Shown here piece after piece: positions 37,501 to 52,011 of a stretch of 64,000 nucleotides of DNA. Position 1 is the stretch's first letter. Each line of letters begins with the position of its first letter. This DNA is from Geosiphon pyriformis uo1 (taxonomy: Eukaryota; Fungi; Glomeromycota). The stretch lies in contig JAAOMT010000009.1 of NCBI GenBank assembly GCA_016748015.1, forward strand, positions 1,799,924-1,863,923. The letters run 5' to 3'. A program made the translations under genes and the position numbers. The notes beneath the pieces are model-generated. The model was not told the origin of the DNA, made no database searches, and worked only from the letters and a program-made list of their open reading frames with translations.

Positions 37501-38049
37501 TATCAACGTCACTCACCCAAGATGCTACAGGTTCAATGCCAGGTCCACCAAGTTCTTCTAAGCACAATGGGCTAGCAGACAAGTCCACCATACTAGCATC
37601 AATGACAGGTTTTCTTGGCTTCTTAAAAAATGCATTGTGAGAATAGACACTATCTACATGTTTACTTTTGGTGCTTAGGCAGGTCCTCAAACCAGTCAAA
37701 TCAGTACCAAAACTTTCAGCAGATGAGTCTACTAATTTTATAACAACAAAAAGGAGTGTGTTTGAAGTAATAACTGAAGAGAACAAAGGAAAAAAAATAA
37801 AAAAAAAGTTATGACTTAAAAAATATCTTTTGCTCTCGGTGTGGTTAAGAGATCAATGAAAGAAAAAAAATTTTTCCCAGTTTTTTTTTGTTTGAAACTT
37901 TAACAAACAAAATCAATTTTATTATTTTAAAAAAAGTAGTATTAGCAAATATAGTTACAAAATAAAAAAAAATAAGAAAAATAATATAAAATATTCTGTA
38001 AATAAATTTATATTTTTGTTGTAATAAAAAAAATTTTTTTTTATTTTTT

Positions 38050-38990
38050 ATTTTTAATAAGTAAAAAAAGTATTAATTAACTTAAAATTATTTTTATAAT
38101 TCTTATTATTAATTATTGTTTTAAATTATTACTTATTAATTTATTAATTTATTAAATATTACTATCTAATTAATAATCTAATTTGTATAATACACAAATA
38201 TAATTAATTATAATAATCAGATTATATAATATCTTAAATTATATAAAATTCAAAAATTTACTAAAATATTTAGAATTTAATAAAATAATAAATAATTTAC
38301 CAAAATAATTAATAATTCACAAAAACAACTTGTAATTTAATAAAATGTATTTTTAGCTTGTTAAAATATGAACAAAAAAAATGTAAGATTATAAAATAAT
38401 ATTACAATAAACTATATATAAAAAAAGTTTTTTTTTAAAAAAATATATCTTATTTTATCTTATTAGAATTTAAAATAATTATCAGCTATTATAAATTAAT
38501 TTAATAAATTTATATTTTGAAAAATAACAAATTTTATTTATTATTTTTGTTTAAAAACTTTCTATTTTAATTAATATCTTAAAATTAATTAGCTACTAAT
38601 TTTAGTAATTATTTAATTAATTTTAAGTCTAAATTAAAGACAATTCTATTTATATATATATATATATTTATTTATTTTTCATATTATTAGACAAAACTTT
38701 CTGTTAAAAAACTAATTTTTACAGCAAAATAATTACATATTATTAAAAGCTTACAGATAACAATTTTTATAAAAGAATTAATTTTTATTACAAAATAACT
38801 ACACAAAATACTTAACATAGAATTAATTATTTTATTATAAGTTTAATAATGTATATGGTTTAAAATATAGAAAAATATTTCAGAGATAAATTAGCTTATC
38901 AGAAATTTATTAGTTTTTATTAACAACAAAATCAATAGTAAAACAACATTAATAATATTAAAGAAAAAGACAAAAAATCTTTAGTAATAT
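38050..38990 (+). repeat. Extremely AT-eroded copy of the family C LTR (probable solo LTR)
   Basis: Collinear with 5228-6151 and 63237-64000 (e.g. tttacagcaaaataa.tac, cagataa.caattt, aagaaaa.gacaaaaa). Ends approximate. Confidence 0.55.
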
Positions 38991-41900
38991 TATAAATATT
39001 AATATTTTAATAAAAATAAATTTTATATTAAGAATAAATAATAATAATTTTGTTTTATTTTTATTGGTTATACTTATTTAACTATTTTATTTTTAAAACC
39101 AATTATTTATTTTTTTATTTTTAAACTTTTTTAAAACTTTTTAAAAATTTTCTTTTTATTTATTTTTTAATTTACGTATTTATTTAGTTCTTGTTAGATT
39201 ATGTTTTAAATACAATTTTAACAATAAAATTTTTTAGTTTTTTTTAATATTAAGTACTTGAATTAAAAAAATTTTTTTTTGTATAATTAAAACATTTTTT
39301 TTAATTATAATTATTTATTAATATAATAAGTTTTAAGAAAAAAAAAGAACAACTAATTATTTAAATATTAATATTGTGTTTAAAAATTATATTAATAAAA
39401 ACTAAAATAAATATTAAGTTTGTTTGTATTAAATTTTTTGTTTAAATATTTTTGTTTTTTGTTTGTAATAATATATTATTATTCTGGTTTTTTTTCTTAA
39501 TATTTAATGTTTTTTGTTTTTTTTGGTAAATTTTATGAATAATTTTTATTTTATTTGGATATTTTTTGAAATTTTTGGTATTATTAATTTTAAAAACATA
39601 AAACACAATTTTTTTTCTTTGTTTTTTCTTTAAAATACTTTTAATAGTATTGTAATTTTTTGGTTTTATAGTAAATTTAATGTAAATTAATTTCATATTT
39701 ATATTTTAATATAGAAATAATTTTATTATAAGTATATTATAATTCAAATAAAAGTTTATTTAATAAAGTAATATTTTGATATAATATTAATTCAAAACTA
39801 TAATTTACATAAATTTGTAAAAACTAATAAATATAATTATAAATAATCAAAATTTTTAATAGTTAAATCTATTAACTTTTAGTTATATTAATTTTTTATA
39901 ATAAAATATTTATTTTGTTTGGTTTTATTATAATTTGTTTTATATATAATTAATTATCTAAATTAATATTAAAACTATATTTTATTAAATATTATAAACA
40001 AATTTTTAATTTCTATTTTATTTATAACAAAATTTATATTTTTATTATTTTTAATAAATTTACTCAATTAAATTTTGTTGTATTTTATATTTTAATTCTG
40101 AAATTCTTATAAAAACCACAAATATTTTAAAAAATTATTCAAAAAAAAATTAAAATTATATTTTATATTATTATTATTTAAACAAATTTTATTTTGTTTA
40201 TTCTTAATAATACCAAAAACTACCCAAATTATAATTTATGTGTTTAAAAAAAAGCAATTTTGTTTTATTTTGGCCAATAAAATAAATGTATTTTTATAAA
40301 AATAGAAATTAAATTAATTTTAATAATTTAACTTCTAAAGCATTTATTTAAAATCCAAAATACTTTTAATAATACAATAAAAAAACAATAATTTTAATAT
40401 AAAATACTAAACCAATAAACTAAGTTATTAGAATTTTAAATACAATAAAAAACTTAACAGTTAAATAATTTAAACTTTAATATTTATAAAAATGCCAAAA
40501 TTTAGAAGTTTTTTATTAATATATAATATTTTTACAAAGTACCAGTTTTTGTAATAACTTTATTAAAAAGCTTTTTGCTATTAAATATAATAATAACAAA
40601 TTTTTAACAACAAATAAAATTAAAACTATCATAAAATAAAATAAAATAAAATAAGTTTAATTATTAATTTAAAAAATCAAATTATTAATTTTAAAAACAG
40701 TACAAACAGAAAAAAAATCAATTAACTCGATCTTATATATATTACAAAAAACAATAAATTCTTTTTAATTAAACAAAAGAAGAATTAAAATACTATTTTT
40801 TTTTAAAAAATTAGTTAAATAAAACAGTCAAGATTTAATATGGTTAATTTATTTAAATTTAATCTTAATTTGTTACAAAATTGGTTACAATTTTTCATGT
40901 TTTTAATATTATTCTGTTGTTTTTTCTGACAGGTTTTTATTCTAACAAGAATAAAATAGCATAATAAATGAAATATATTATAAATAATTTTTTAAGTCAA
41001 TTGCCTATCAACAGAAAAACTCGTATCTTTGTGTTATCCGTATGCATATGCAAGAAAAAATTCACAAATCTTAAAAAGAGCTCATTTACTGCTGATTTAA
41101 CTTTGCACATGAAATCAGGACGGAAATCCTTAACTGTTGCTAATCTAAGATCTATACAAGATCAGAAGACACTCCGAACTTGTTCTACGAAATACAGTAA
41201 CACTTTTCTTATAACGCGTGATTTCTTTGTACCACAAAAGTAAAGGACGGTAAGCTAATGAGATTTCACCTAAAGAATTATTCAAAAATAAGAATAGAAT
41301 ATTGGTCACAAATCTTTAAAGAATAATTTCACTTAGTAATTAACATTTATATCGTTTCATAAAAATTGAAATATTTTAGTTGGTCAACAATACTTCAAAT
41401 TTTTTTTGGAAAAGAAACATCTAGCTTCTTATAAATGGAAGAATGAACTAATATTTTATCAAAAAGTTTCAAAGAAATATTTTTTCAATATGCTAAAATG
41501 GATGATTTATCTTTTAGATTTTAACCATATTTCTACGAATTGTGAACACTTCTCTGAAAAGTCAAATAAAACCACTATTAGAATTTATATATTTGTTTTA
41601 TTGTGATAAACACAATCTTGATGATTATTATTATTATGTTTATCAAGAATTCTATTGTGTTGGGATGTACACATATATAGTATGTGTTATCAATTAAATT
41701 TATTCAATTCAATAATAATATGACGATGATAAATAACATTCTATAATACTTTATTAATAATTTTTACCTTTTGGAAATAAAAATCTTTATAGAATTCTTT
41801 TAACTTCTTTAATTAATCTCCATTTAAAGAGGTTGAAAAAATGAATTCACCATCTTGGTCAAATTAAAACTTTAGAAATTTGAAACAAAACAAAACAATA

Positions 41901-42079
41901 TCATTATTTCAAATTTATAATAATAATAATAATAATAATTGTTGTATATATTATTATTTATTCTTCAAATCTTTATAAATACTACTAACAACTACTCTTT
42001 TGTTTTAAATTTATCATTAAGCTTTTATTGAAAATCATTGACCAATAAAAAATTTGAATTCAAACAATCATTTTGATGA

Positions 42080-42110
<31 letters not shown>

Positions 42111-42316
42111 GTAACATCTTAGAGTCAAGGTCAAAATACTATTTGAAATTACAAGGAGGTGGTAAGTATAAGTTTGACTTGCTTAAAGCGGCGTTCAATT
42201 CAAATTTTTTTAAACAATGATTATTGTAATTGTGATTAGACGCAGAAGTAGAAGTTGATCATTATGGTTACGCGGGTGACTGTTTTTGTTAAAGGTTAAG
42301 CGTACTTTGAAAAAGG

Positions 42317-42357
42317 GAGTGAGTGAGTGAGTGAGTGAGTGAGTGAGTAAGTGAGTG
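42317..42357 (+). repeat. (GAGT)n microsatellite; (GAT)n nearby at about 42080-42110
   Basis: Direct inspection. Confidence 0.9.
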
Positions 42358-42727
42358 AAGAAATATTGAGTTGAGTACCATATTAATACGCGCATTCTTT
42401 TGAAAATTTATAATTGTTTTTTGACTTATATAATGAATGGGTATTGGTGAGAAGGAAAGAGGAATTTCTACGTTTTGTAGCGAACTCATTTGGGAAACAT
42501 TTCTAAGGGAAAATAATTCTAAATCATCCTTGAAAGAGAAAAATTTTCTTAATTAGTTAAATTAAAGAGATCAATATCACACATACACGCACATTCCTTT
42601 TTGTGGTTGAATTAAATCCTTCTCAAATAAAAACGCTTTTTCAGAAAGGTTCTGAATTCTTTTTCTTCCATATCTTTACTGGTGGGCGCTTTTTCAACTT
42701 CATCACTTCTCTAAAAATTTCAAAATT

Positions 42728-43366
42728 ATGAATAACATAAATCCTTTTCAAATTTCACCCAAATCGGCACCAACAAAAATCAAACTCACCACACCCACTA
42801 CCACCACCATCACCAATCTAAGCCCCGAAAAACAATTAAAAGCAAAACAAATATGGACTCAAGAAGAACTTTTACATAGAGCAGAACTTCGTCATTTCGA
42901 ACTTCAAGAAAGACAACATCAGCTTAATCTTGAAAAAGACGAAAAAATCAAAACCATCAAACTACGATTCGAGGAAACGCTTTCGGAAATCAGGGAAGCA
43001 CGCGAGATAAGCTTAAAAATTGAAAAACATCATAAACGATTAACAAAACAACATGAATTACGTACATCCGAACTTGATGATGAACGATATATGATTTCAA
43101 TCGAGGAATATTTTTGCGAGTATCCGAATACGATAAAAGAGGCGATTAACGCTTGGAAAGCAGGATTAAAAGAATGTGATAATTTTGAATGGATTCTTGA
43201 AAATATACAATTAGTTGTTAGTGATATGTTGAAACGAGTTGAAAATGAGTGTCAAGAGCTGTGGGGTCAATCTGAATTTCAGAAATTTGTCCAAGAACGA
43301 GAGAAGAAGTTGAGAGAAGAGGAGTTGGCCCAACAAAAGAAGGAGGAAATGTTTGCCTTCCTTTGA
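42728..43366 (+). CDS. Uncharacterised 212-aa coiled-coil protein
   Basis: Intact ATG-TGA ORF in CpG-normal DNA; E/K/R/Q-rich helical composition; no family recognised. Confidence 0.65.
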   Translation: MNNINPFQISPKSAPTKIKLTTPTTTTITNLSPEKQLKAKQIWTQEELLHRAELRHFELQERQHQLNLEKDEKIKTIKLRFEETLSEIREAREISLKIEKHHKRLTKQHELRTSELDDERYMISIEEYFCEYPNTIKEAINAWKAGLKECDNFEWILENIQLVVSDMLKRVENECQELWGQSEFQKFVQEREKKLREEELAQQKKEEMFAFL

Positions 43367-45929
43367 TCCTGGTGTTGTTACAGAATTGTAAAATATAAAT
43401 TTTTTGCAAGGTTATTATTTGAATGGAATTTTGTAAACAGTATGAATTTTATTTGAAATCACATTTGTATAATAATTCGCCATTTTAAAATATTTTTTAA
43501 ATTGAAAAACATTAATTGATAAAAATTTGATAGAGAATAAATTAATATGACTCCATTGACTTAAGGCTTAAATTAAAAGTAAATTACAATCTTTTAAAGT
43601 GGTAAACCTTTTAAAATTTTCAATTCTCAGCCTCGATTATTTATAGAAATAAAAAATAATTTGTCTTTATTAATTTAAACCTTTAAAAATTCAGGATTTC
43701 AAATCTGTTAAAATAAATTTTATTTTTGGTTCTTGCATCTCTCACTCAATAAACCAATGAGCAAAGAATTTTTAAAATTTTAAATCACCATTCTCTAATC
43801 TTGAACTGAAGTATCTTAAAAACACATTTTAGTCAGATGTTAATTCTAAATTCATTAAGATTATTTTATTTAGTCGATTTTGATGATAATTTTTCCTTTA
43901 GGTTCACTTCTAAACTTGAAAAAAAAAACACTTGGCTCGAAATAAATCATTTTCACACTCCCTAACATCGAAAATAAAATAAAATTTCATTTCTTTTGAC
44001 TTAAAGAAAATAAAAAGAAAATCATATTTTTAGTTGGATCCATTTATAGAAATTAATAAATGAAAAAAACTTTGATTTCCACATAATCCCTATAAATAAC
44101 CTTCTTGCAGTGTAACTTTTTTCAAATATAACATTGAGATTATTTCTTTGTAATCATGATATGCAAAATCACTCCCTGATACTAACCAATTTCAAAAGTT
44201 ATCCTATTTTATCGATTCAAAATAATAACCATATTTGGATATCTTGATGATTGTTGCGAAATTTTGAAACCATAATTAACCATGGGACCACTAGAATCTT
44301 TCTATTGAATGATGATTAACTTCTCGTATTACTCTTCGGAGTCACTAGAAATACGACCGAATTCACGATCTATGGTATCATCGTTCAAAAAAAGATGTTC
44401 ATATTAATCATCCAACAACAACAACAACAACAACAACAACAAAATCAAACTTCATATTCATAAGAGTGACATTCTATATTTTCGATGCGGCACACAATTT
44501 ACGGTTTAGTTCATGTCAACCAGTTAGGACCACCATTTTGGATCGGTTATTCCGAAACAAAAGGTAGATTATTTAATTACACTGTCACCTGATAAACCAG
44601 GGAAACAACAGGTCCCTCAAGCGCTATCACAAATATGGTTTGAAAATTTATATTGTCATTGTCATCAACGATTAAACTTTGTCTTACGTACAAATGCTTG
44701 TGCTCGTGTTCGTGTTCGTGTTCATTTAGCTTTTGACATTTTAAAAATCTGGAATAGGGGAATTCACGTTTTTTTTTAAAATCATCGATTCACAACTTCA
44801 AATCTTTATGCATAAAATTTTGAGATTCTTTGATATTTGATTATCACAAAATATACATTCTAAATTTGGTATCTGTATCGTTAATTATTTCTCCGATTTA
44901 CCAGGCAAAATAAACACGATTCTCAGAATCGAAAGATTTTTTTTTTAAAAAAAACTTTTTCTGATTAAACATTGGATAAATACTAAAACGAGACGTGACA
45001 GGACCCAATGTGGATTGTTAGTCTTCTTTATGTGATCGTGATTGTACGGCAATTTGCGTATCTGATAAAAATTGTCGAATTGTAAAATAGCAAGTTCCTT
45101 GTTTCGGAAATTTTTTGAAATTTTTGATTATCATTGCGTGTAATTTTAGATCCGGAAATGAGTAAAAGTCCATGATTGACACCCACTAGGGCTAAGTTTT
45201 ATGACTAAGTTTATGATGATGACCCATCAACCCACTTATCAAAAGTGACACTGTGATACTCACCCACCTTAAAATCGCATAAAAGATAAACTCATTTCAA
45301 AGAAAGACGGTTTTCTCGTTAAATATCATTGTATTTCTCTTAATATTCTTTCACTCTTTCAAAATCGCCAATTTCACGATTTTCGCGCGATCGAGTTAAC
45401 AAAATTTGAAATACGTTCGATCGATCATTTTTACATTATTAAGGAGATAAAAGAAAGCCATGGAAAGATTTTGTTAGATTAAAAAAAAAAGAAAAAGAGT
45501 AAGACATCATCTTTGAATATCCAATTAGTAATATTGTTATTTATCGATCCAATTTTTTACCAAATAACATCTTTCATTGTTTCTTTTCTTCTTAAATCGA
45601 TCCCTGGTCGATCATTGCTGCGCTAATCTCTTGTCAATATTTTGTATAAATCAATCAGACTTTTGACAACTAGATAATAACCAAGACGTGACCATAAAAA
45701 AAAAAGAAAAAAAAAAGTACTTGGAATTGACGACGACAAAGACCGCTAAATAATTACAATTCTCATCATTACATATTCTTCAATAAAGATAAATTCACTT
45801 TTTTATATCATCATAACCTGTCGATCAGATAATCCAACACTTATTTCTTGCTTTAAAACAATCCTCAATCATTACCATCTTTTTCTCATTCTCCTCCACC
45901 TCCACCTCATTATATATTTAAAAACAAAC

Positions 45930-46715
45930 ATGCCAAATATGACAAACGATGAAATCATTCAAGAAGCTTCTCGAATAATCAAACAACAAGGTTTAGCTCT
46001 AATTGATTGTGCCGAAAGATTACAACGTGGTGGTGAAACCGCAGACTCTTATCACTCAGCCATTTATCACTTATTTCGTGCATGTGATCAAGGTGGAAAA
46101 ATCATTGTTTGTGGAGTTGGAAAATCAGGAAAAGTGGGTGAGAAATTTGTGGCTACTTTACAATCGACTGGCTCGTGCGCCGTATTCCTCCATCCGACGG
46201 AAGCACTCCATGGCGATCTCGGAATTATACAATCACAAGATGCTGTCATCACCATCAGTTATTCTGGTAATACCGACGAATTAATACGAATCCTACCTTC
46301 ATTAAGATCACGTGGAATTCCTATCATTGCGTTATGTGGTAATAAACATTCTCAACTGGTCAAAGAAAGTGATGCATGGTTAGACGCATATGTCAAGAAT
46401 GAAAGTTGTCCATATATTCCCGCACCAACCACCTCTACTACGATTGCCATGGCTGTTTGTGATTCGGTAGCGATCACTTTGATGAAATTACGTGGATTCA
46501 CACCACAGCATTTCGCTTTGAATCATCCGGGTGGGGCATTAGGAAGAAAATTATTGATGAAAGTGAAGGATGTGATGTATCGTGCCGCTGAGGTACCTAC
46601 CGTAACAGCGGACACGCTGATGGATAAAGTGATTGTAGAATCGACGCGTTTCAAGTGTGGGACAGTCCTCGTGCTGGATAATCAGATTCAAAATGGGGTT
46701 AATGGAATTAGTGGG

Positions 46716-46754
<39 letters not shown>

Positions 46755-47036
46755 TCTAAAGTAATTGGAATCATTACAAAAGAGGTGATTCGGAGTGCTC
46801 TGCAGCAATTTGGTGCCCAATTATTTCAACTTTGTGCAGATGATCTAATGTCACGGACGATTGTTACATGTTCACCTGATGATATGGCATGTGAGGCAAA
46901 AAGATTAATGGAGGAACATGGGAGCGAGGCGGGCGATGGTGACGATGAAGAGATCCTAGGAGCATTACCGGTATTTGATAAGACGAATCGACTAAAGGGA
47001 ATCGTTTTGTTGGATGATTTGGTTGAGTTGTTGTAA
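45930..47036 (+). CDS. KpsF/GutQ/KdsD-family sugar-phosphate isomerase (SIS domain plus CBS pair), intronless
   Basis: GVGKSG, FLHPTEALHGDLG, ISYSGNTDE, APTTSTT, FALNHPGGALGRKL, then CBS repeats; (AAT)n poly-Asn insert at about 46718-46755. Confidence 0.9.
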
Positions 47037-47808
47037 GGAAAAAATTAAATTCTTTAAAATTTTATAATTGACATCGAAATCTCAGTTTAGGCTATTTTCA
47101 CACAATGTCTAATGAGCATCACCATCAAATGATATAATTCAATCATCAACCCTTATATTTTGTAACTTTAACATTACATGTACATGTTAATTTTATGTTT
47201 CACCATTTTCTTTTTTAAATCTTTAAAACCCCCACCCCTCTTCCCCTCGTTCGATAGCTTCTTTTTACATAATATTTTCTTTGTAGATTCAATTCACTTT
47301 GATAAGACATATAGACAAGATAAACTTTACAGAACTTTAGCATTGCCTCTTAGACATTGACCAATGTAACGTTTATTCGAAAAATCAACTCTAAACGTGA
47401 TCCGAAACAAATATTTAAAAAATTACCTGCACTTAATATTATTGATCTTCTATATAATGGAAGCAAAATAAAGAAATGATGAGAAGGATTTTTGAAAAAA
47501 AAATTCGAAATAATGGGAAATATGTATTTTTCATGGGTTTATAAAAGAGACTAGTTAATGGGTACATGTGTTAAAAATCACCCAAAATACCAATAAATCA
47601 GAGTTACATTTTGATATCTTAGTGAAGCCCTAATTCAATCAAGGGAAAATTCAACCTTGGGGAGGGGAGTTTTAAAGCAAAAGCTTATATAACAAAAAGT
47701 TATACAAAACCGTCTTTAAATGAAATTTTTGGAAAGTGGATATTTCAACGAGTGAAATATAAATTTTAAATTTTATTTATTAAAGATTTTCCCACACTAC
47801 AAGTAAAA

Positions 47809-47880
47809 GGTTCTGTGGTGTAATGGTTAGCACCCAGGACTTTGAATCCTGTAATCCGAGTTCGATTCTCGGCAGAACCT
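47809..47880 (+). tRNA. tRNA-Gln(TTG)
   Basis: Acceptor GGTTCTG/CAGAACC; anticodon arm CAGGA-CTTTGAA-TCCTG; T arm CCGAG-TTCGATT-CTCGG; T run downstream. Confidence 0.95.
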
Positions 47881-48476
47881 TTGAAAATGGTTTTTTCATC
47901 TTATTCATATAAGAACGATTAGTTTCTTTTTTGAGGTGATCCTTAAAATGATTGGTGATAGAAAGAGGTTTTTTGAAAGCTTTTTATTAGAATAAATTTT
48001 TTTTTTAGAATATTGAAATGTTTTTTTTAGTGACCTTTGATTAAAAAAAATAGATATGGATGTCTTGAGAAATGCAAATTATCAATTAAAAATGAAATAT
48101 AAAGCTGCCTTCGAGAATTTTTTTACTTTTATGAAAAAAAATCAATTTGAAGAACTTTTAGCTTTTGTGAATATTAAACGTATTAGGAATAAAACTATAA
48201 TAAATTTTTTTGGAAAATGTGTGTAATTTGATCAGAATTAGTAAAACCAATTTTCTAATACCATAGAAAATTTTACTTTATCATAGGCTTTGTTAATGTT
48301 GCTGGTTTTAAGCTTAACCAACATACAATAATCTTATAGCCTTTTGTAATTTCTCCATGAAAAGCTTCTTGACACAATTAACTAAAAATGGTTCTGAGCA
48401 TTAGATCAAAATAACCAATCAGGAGCTCAAAAAAAAGGTCAATGATGATCACTTTTCTTAATAAAGCTATTGTTGA

Positions 48477-51400
48477 ATGATCAAATTTCCTTCTCCAGAT
48501 AAAATGCACTTCAAGCAATATATTGCTACCCCGAGGATTTCTCCTCGACTTTTTTCCTCACCCTATATACGCGGCGCTAAAAAGCAATATATTTTGTTCA
48601 CAGGCACTAATATTACTCCTAGTTTAACTTATGTTGAAAACTCTGCGTTAATTTCAACGAGTGTTCAATGTTCGAAATCAAACCAACCATATCCTCCCAG
48701 AGACTGGTCAGGAAACGCAAAGCAGTTTTTAGAAAAATCTCAACCTCCCCCTCTTCCACCATTTAATCCGATAAGGCCCAAAGAAATACGCTGGTCTATT
48801 CAAGTTTTGGACGAGCGCCTATCACGATTAGAAGGATCCGAAGATTTAAGAAAAACCGCGAGTGATATAATATTGAAAGGAAAGGCTTTAAAAAAGGCAA
48901 TTCAAGATTTTCGAGCCGCTATAAGATCCGAAAAAATCTCTCGATGTACGAATGATGCTATGAAGGTGGCTTTTGAAGAAAATGGGGTAGGTTAGTTATC
49001 CATTTTTGTTTGTGGTTTTAGTTTTCCAAAATTATGATCAATTCACTCAAGTTTGATATTTTATTTCCTATTATCAGATGGTGTGGATAGATTACTTTTA
49101 TCTTCATTCATTGAGTTTGCACAAGATTATTTAAATGAAGAGGATTTGGAAGCTTTCAGTTCTTTGCGACAGTTAACTGATTTGAGATATCCGGGAGATT
49201 GGCATCCTGCAGCTAGAGCTCTACAACGGTAAGAAATTTCAATTTTTTTTTTTGATATTTAACTATTTCAAAAATTAGAATTCCGTTTATTGTGAAATAG
49301 TAAGATTATCATGCACGTTGGCCCCACCAATTCCGGAAAGACCTATAATGCTCTTAAACGTCTCGAAGAGGCTAAGTCGGGAATATACTGCGGGCCTTTA
49401 CGTCTACTTGCCCACGAAATTTATGAACGAATGAATATGAAAGGTATCCCCTGCAATCTAATAACCGGTGAAGAAAGAAAAGAATTACCTGGTGAAGTCC
49501 CATTAACTGCGTCTACGGTTGAGATGGCCAATTTGAATGATGTGCTGGATGTTGCCGTAGTTGATGAAATTCAAATGATTTCTGATCCTCATCGTGGCTG
49601 GGCATGGACCCAGGCTTTGCTTGGTATTATAAACGTTATATAATAATTGATAAATGATTCGAGCGCAATCGAAATTAATCCTGTACATCTGATTAGGTTT
49701 ACAGGCCAAAGAATTGCATTTATGTGGAGAAACGGCCGCTGTTCCCCTTGTCAAAGCAATTTGTGCTACCCTGGATGAAGAGGTTGAGGTTCGAACATAT
49801 GAAAGGCTCACCCCGCTTACGATTCTCGATCGATCTTTAAATAGTAATTTCAGAAATATCACTAAAGGTGATTGTGTGGTAACTTTTTCGAGAAAGAATA
49901 TATTCGCTGTCAAACAAGCTATCGAAGAGGAAACAGGGTATCGATGTGCTGTTGCCTACGGAGGTCTCCCTCCGGGTAAGTTGCTCCATTATTTACTCGT
50001 AAATTTAAGACTGTTTTTCTAATTAAATTCCATAATATATCTTTTTTATATTCTAAGAGACTAGATCAATGCAGGCTAGATTATTTAACGACTCGACTAG
50101 TGGTTATAATATTTTGGTTGCCAGTGATGCGGTGGGCATGGGCTTAAATTTGTGAGACGACATATTATTCCCCTTTATATATAATTCTTGATTTCTACGA
50201 TATTAGTTATTAACTTATTAAACAACAGAAATATAAAGCGGATAATTTTTGAAACATTACAAAAGTTTGACGGGAAAAAAACTAGCCTCATACCAGTTCC
50301 GCAAATTAAACAAATAGCTGGTCGTGCAGGACGATTTTCTACGGCTCATGGTGTTGGTGAGGTCACCACGTAAGTAGCCTCCTCGATATTTTTGCTGGTG
50401 TTATTTTTCGGCCACTTTTATGCATATTATAAAATTAATTTCCTGTCATAACTTATTTAGATTAGACCAATCTGACTTGAAATTATTGCACAACGCAATG
50501 GCTGCCCCTGTAAAGGATCTGGAGGTTGGGGAATTTTCTTATTTACCCCTTATTAATTCAAATTATTAAAGCAAGCAATTTATCGTACAGTCGGGGGGAT
50601 TACAACCAAAAGTCGAACAAGTCGAACTGTTCTCTCAACAACTAACCCATACCCCCACTTTTTCGGAGCTACTGGTTGGTTTTTTTGCCGAGTGAAAATC
50701 TGTTTTATATAAAGTACAGATTTTTTTTTCTCAATTTCTTATTATTGTAATAACAGGATAAATTTGAAATGATGTCACGTGTTGATGGCTTATATTTCTT
50801 GTGCAATTACGGAGACTTAAAAGTAGATATACACGGCATTCTTAAAAAAAAACTGGCATCTTTTAAATGTTTCGTTCAAACACTTACTTTTATATCAGAT
50901 AATCGCGGATATGATTGAGAATCACCAGATGGACCTCATAGACAGATATAACTTCTCTACTGCCCCAGTTAACACGTCAGATCCTCTTGTCATGGCCTAC
51001 TTGAACAAGGTTTGAATAGTTCCGAATACAGTTCCTCTTTTACGATATGCTAAATTGAAAAGCCCTTATAATATTAATTCAATGGGTTTTTCGCTAATGC
51101 AGTTTGCGTCAATGTACAGCAAGCAAGAAGTATGCCTTTTGGAGAGCTTAGTTCGAGTTCCTGAAACCCACGCCACAACCAATGAGAGATTAAAGGAGCT
51201 CGAATCCGCACATCGTGTAGTAATGATCTATATGTGGCTGAGGTTTGTTATGAAATTTTGTGAAACAATTGATTTAATTTTAAATTCAATTTGTTGAACT
51301 TATCAACCAATTTATTATCTAGCTTTCGATATCCAGGCACATTTTCATCTGTAAAAGCCGCAGAAGAAATTAAAAACAAGCTTGAGGATTTGATTTTACA

Positions 51401-51863
51401 ATCACTTCACACAATCAGATTCACCAGAGTTCGACGTCGTGGAATTTCTTATGACTATGATAGTTATAATAACTCTGAAACATTCAGTTCACAAAGAAAT
51501 CCAAAACATATGGTATTTGATTCAACTAGAAGATCACCACCAAGAGGTTATCAAGCTGACACCCAATATAATGTGGCCCAAAACTCGGTAGTACGAAGGA
51601 GCCTAGGTGGCGGAAAATCTGGTTCATTTAGAAGGATTGAATCCCCTCAAAAGGGACAGAAATTTTACGCAGAATTTCATGCAAATCAAAAATCTATATC
51701 TAAGAGTTCTCATGACGGTGGCCATATTAAATCTTCGAATAATCTCATCAAACCCATAATCCTAAATCGATCAATAAACGAAAGCGATCATTCTTCAAGA
51801 AATACTAATGAGGCCAAAGTATCGATAGATAATAACGTCCAAAGAAAATCCAATATCGCATAA
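48477..51863 (+). CDS. SUV3: Mitochondrial SUV3-like ATP-dependent RNA helicase, multi-exon (start uncertain)
   Basis: [76 protein letters not shown] across GT-AG introns. Confidence 0.92.
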
Positions 51864-52011
51864 TAATTTGAATTTGAGGTAGAATTTGATCATGTTTTAC
51901 TTATCAACAAATTAAAATGAATTATCGTCAGGCTATAAAAGAATTTAAAGCCTGTTCCTTAAAGTTTTTGATCCGAGTCCGTTTGCCAAGTTATTAAGAA
52001 GTGTAACTGAT

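Larger units (their letters stand above)
21810..37870 (-). mobile_element. LINE (ORF1 internally deleted; ORF2 APE endonuclease-RT-RNase H-Cys/His), split by Gypsy B
   Basis: Poly-T at 21810; EN motifs WKFAMSNVHEIN, LGGDLN, IDYIF, TDH; RT NTRPIALIET, MQKAYDLV, GLDQGEIFSPLL, FVDD; RNase H FTNGS, LDSQAAI, VKGHSGISGNVKAD; CLLCGGVEFSDHSFTC. 5' end approximate. Confidence 0.9.

Noticed and set aside
21800-37890. LINE target-site duplication CCAGTTTTT at both ends
   Set aside because: Low complexity, overlaps poly-T, and the 5' end is not defined.
41750-42489. Possible minus-strand gene beginning MSSLQNVEIPLSF
   Set aside because: Could not build a consistent exon chain or recognise a domain.
47809-47880. 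tRNA-Gln as the primer for the neighbouring Gypsy elements
   Set aside because: Its 3' end (..CTCGGCAGAACCT-CCA) is not complementary to the PBS TGGTGCTCTCTGTGAGG.
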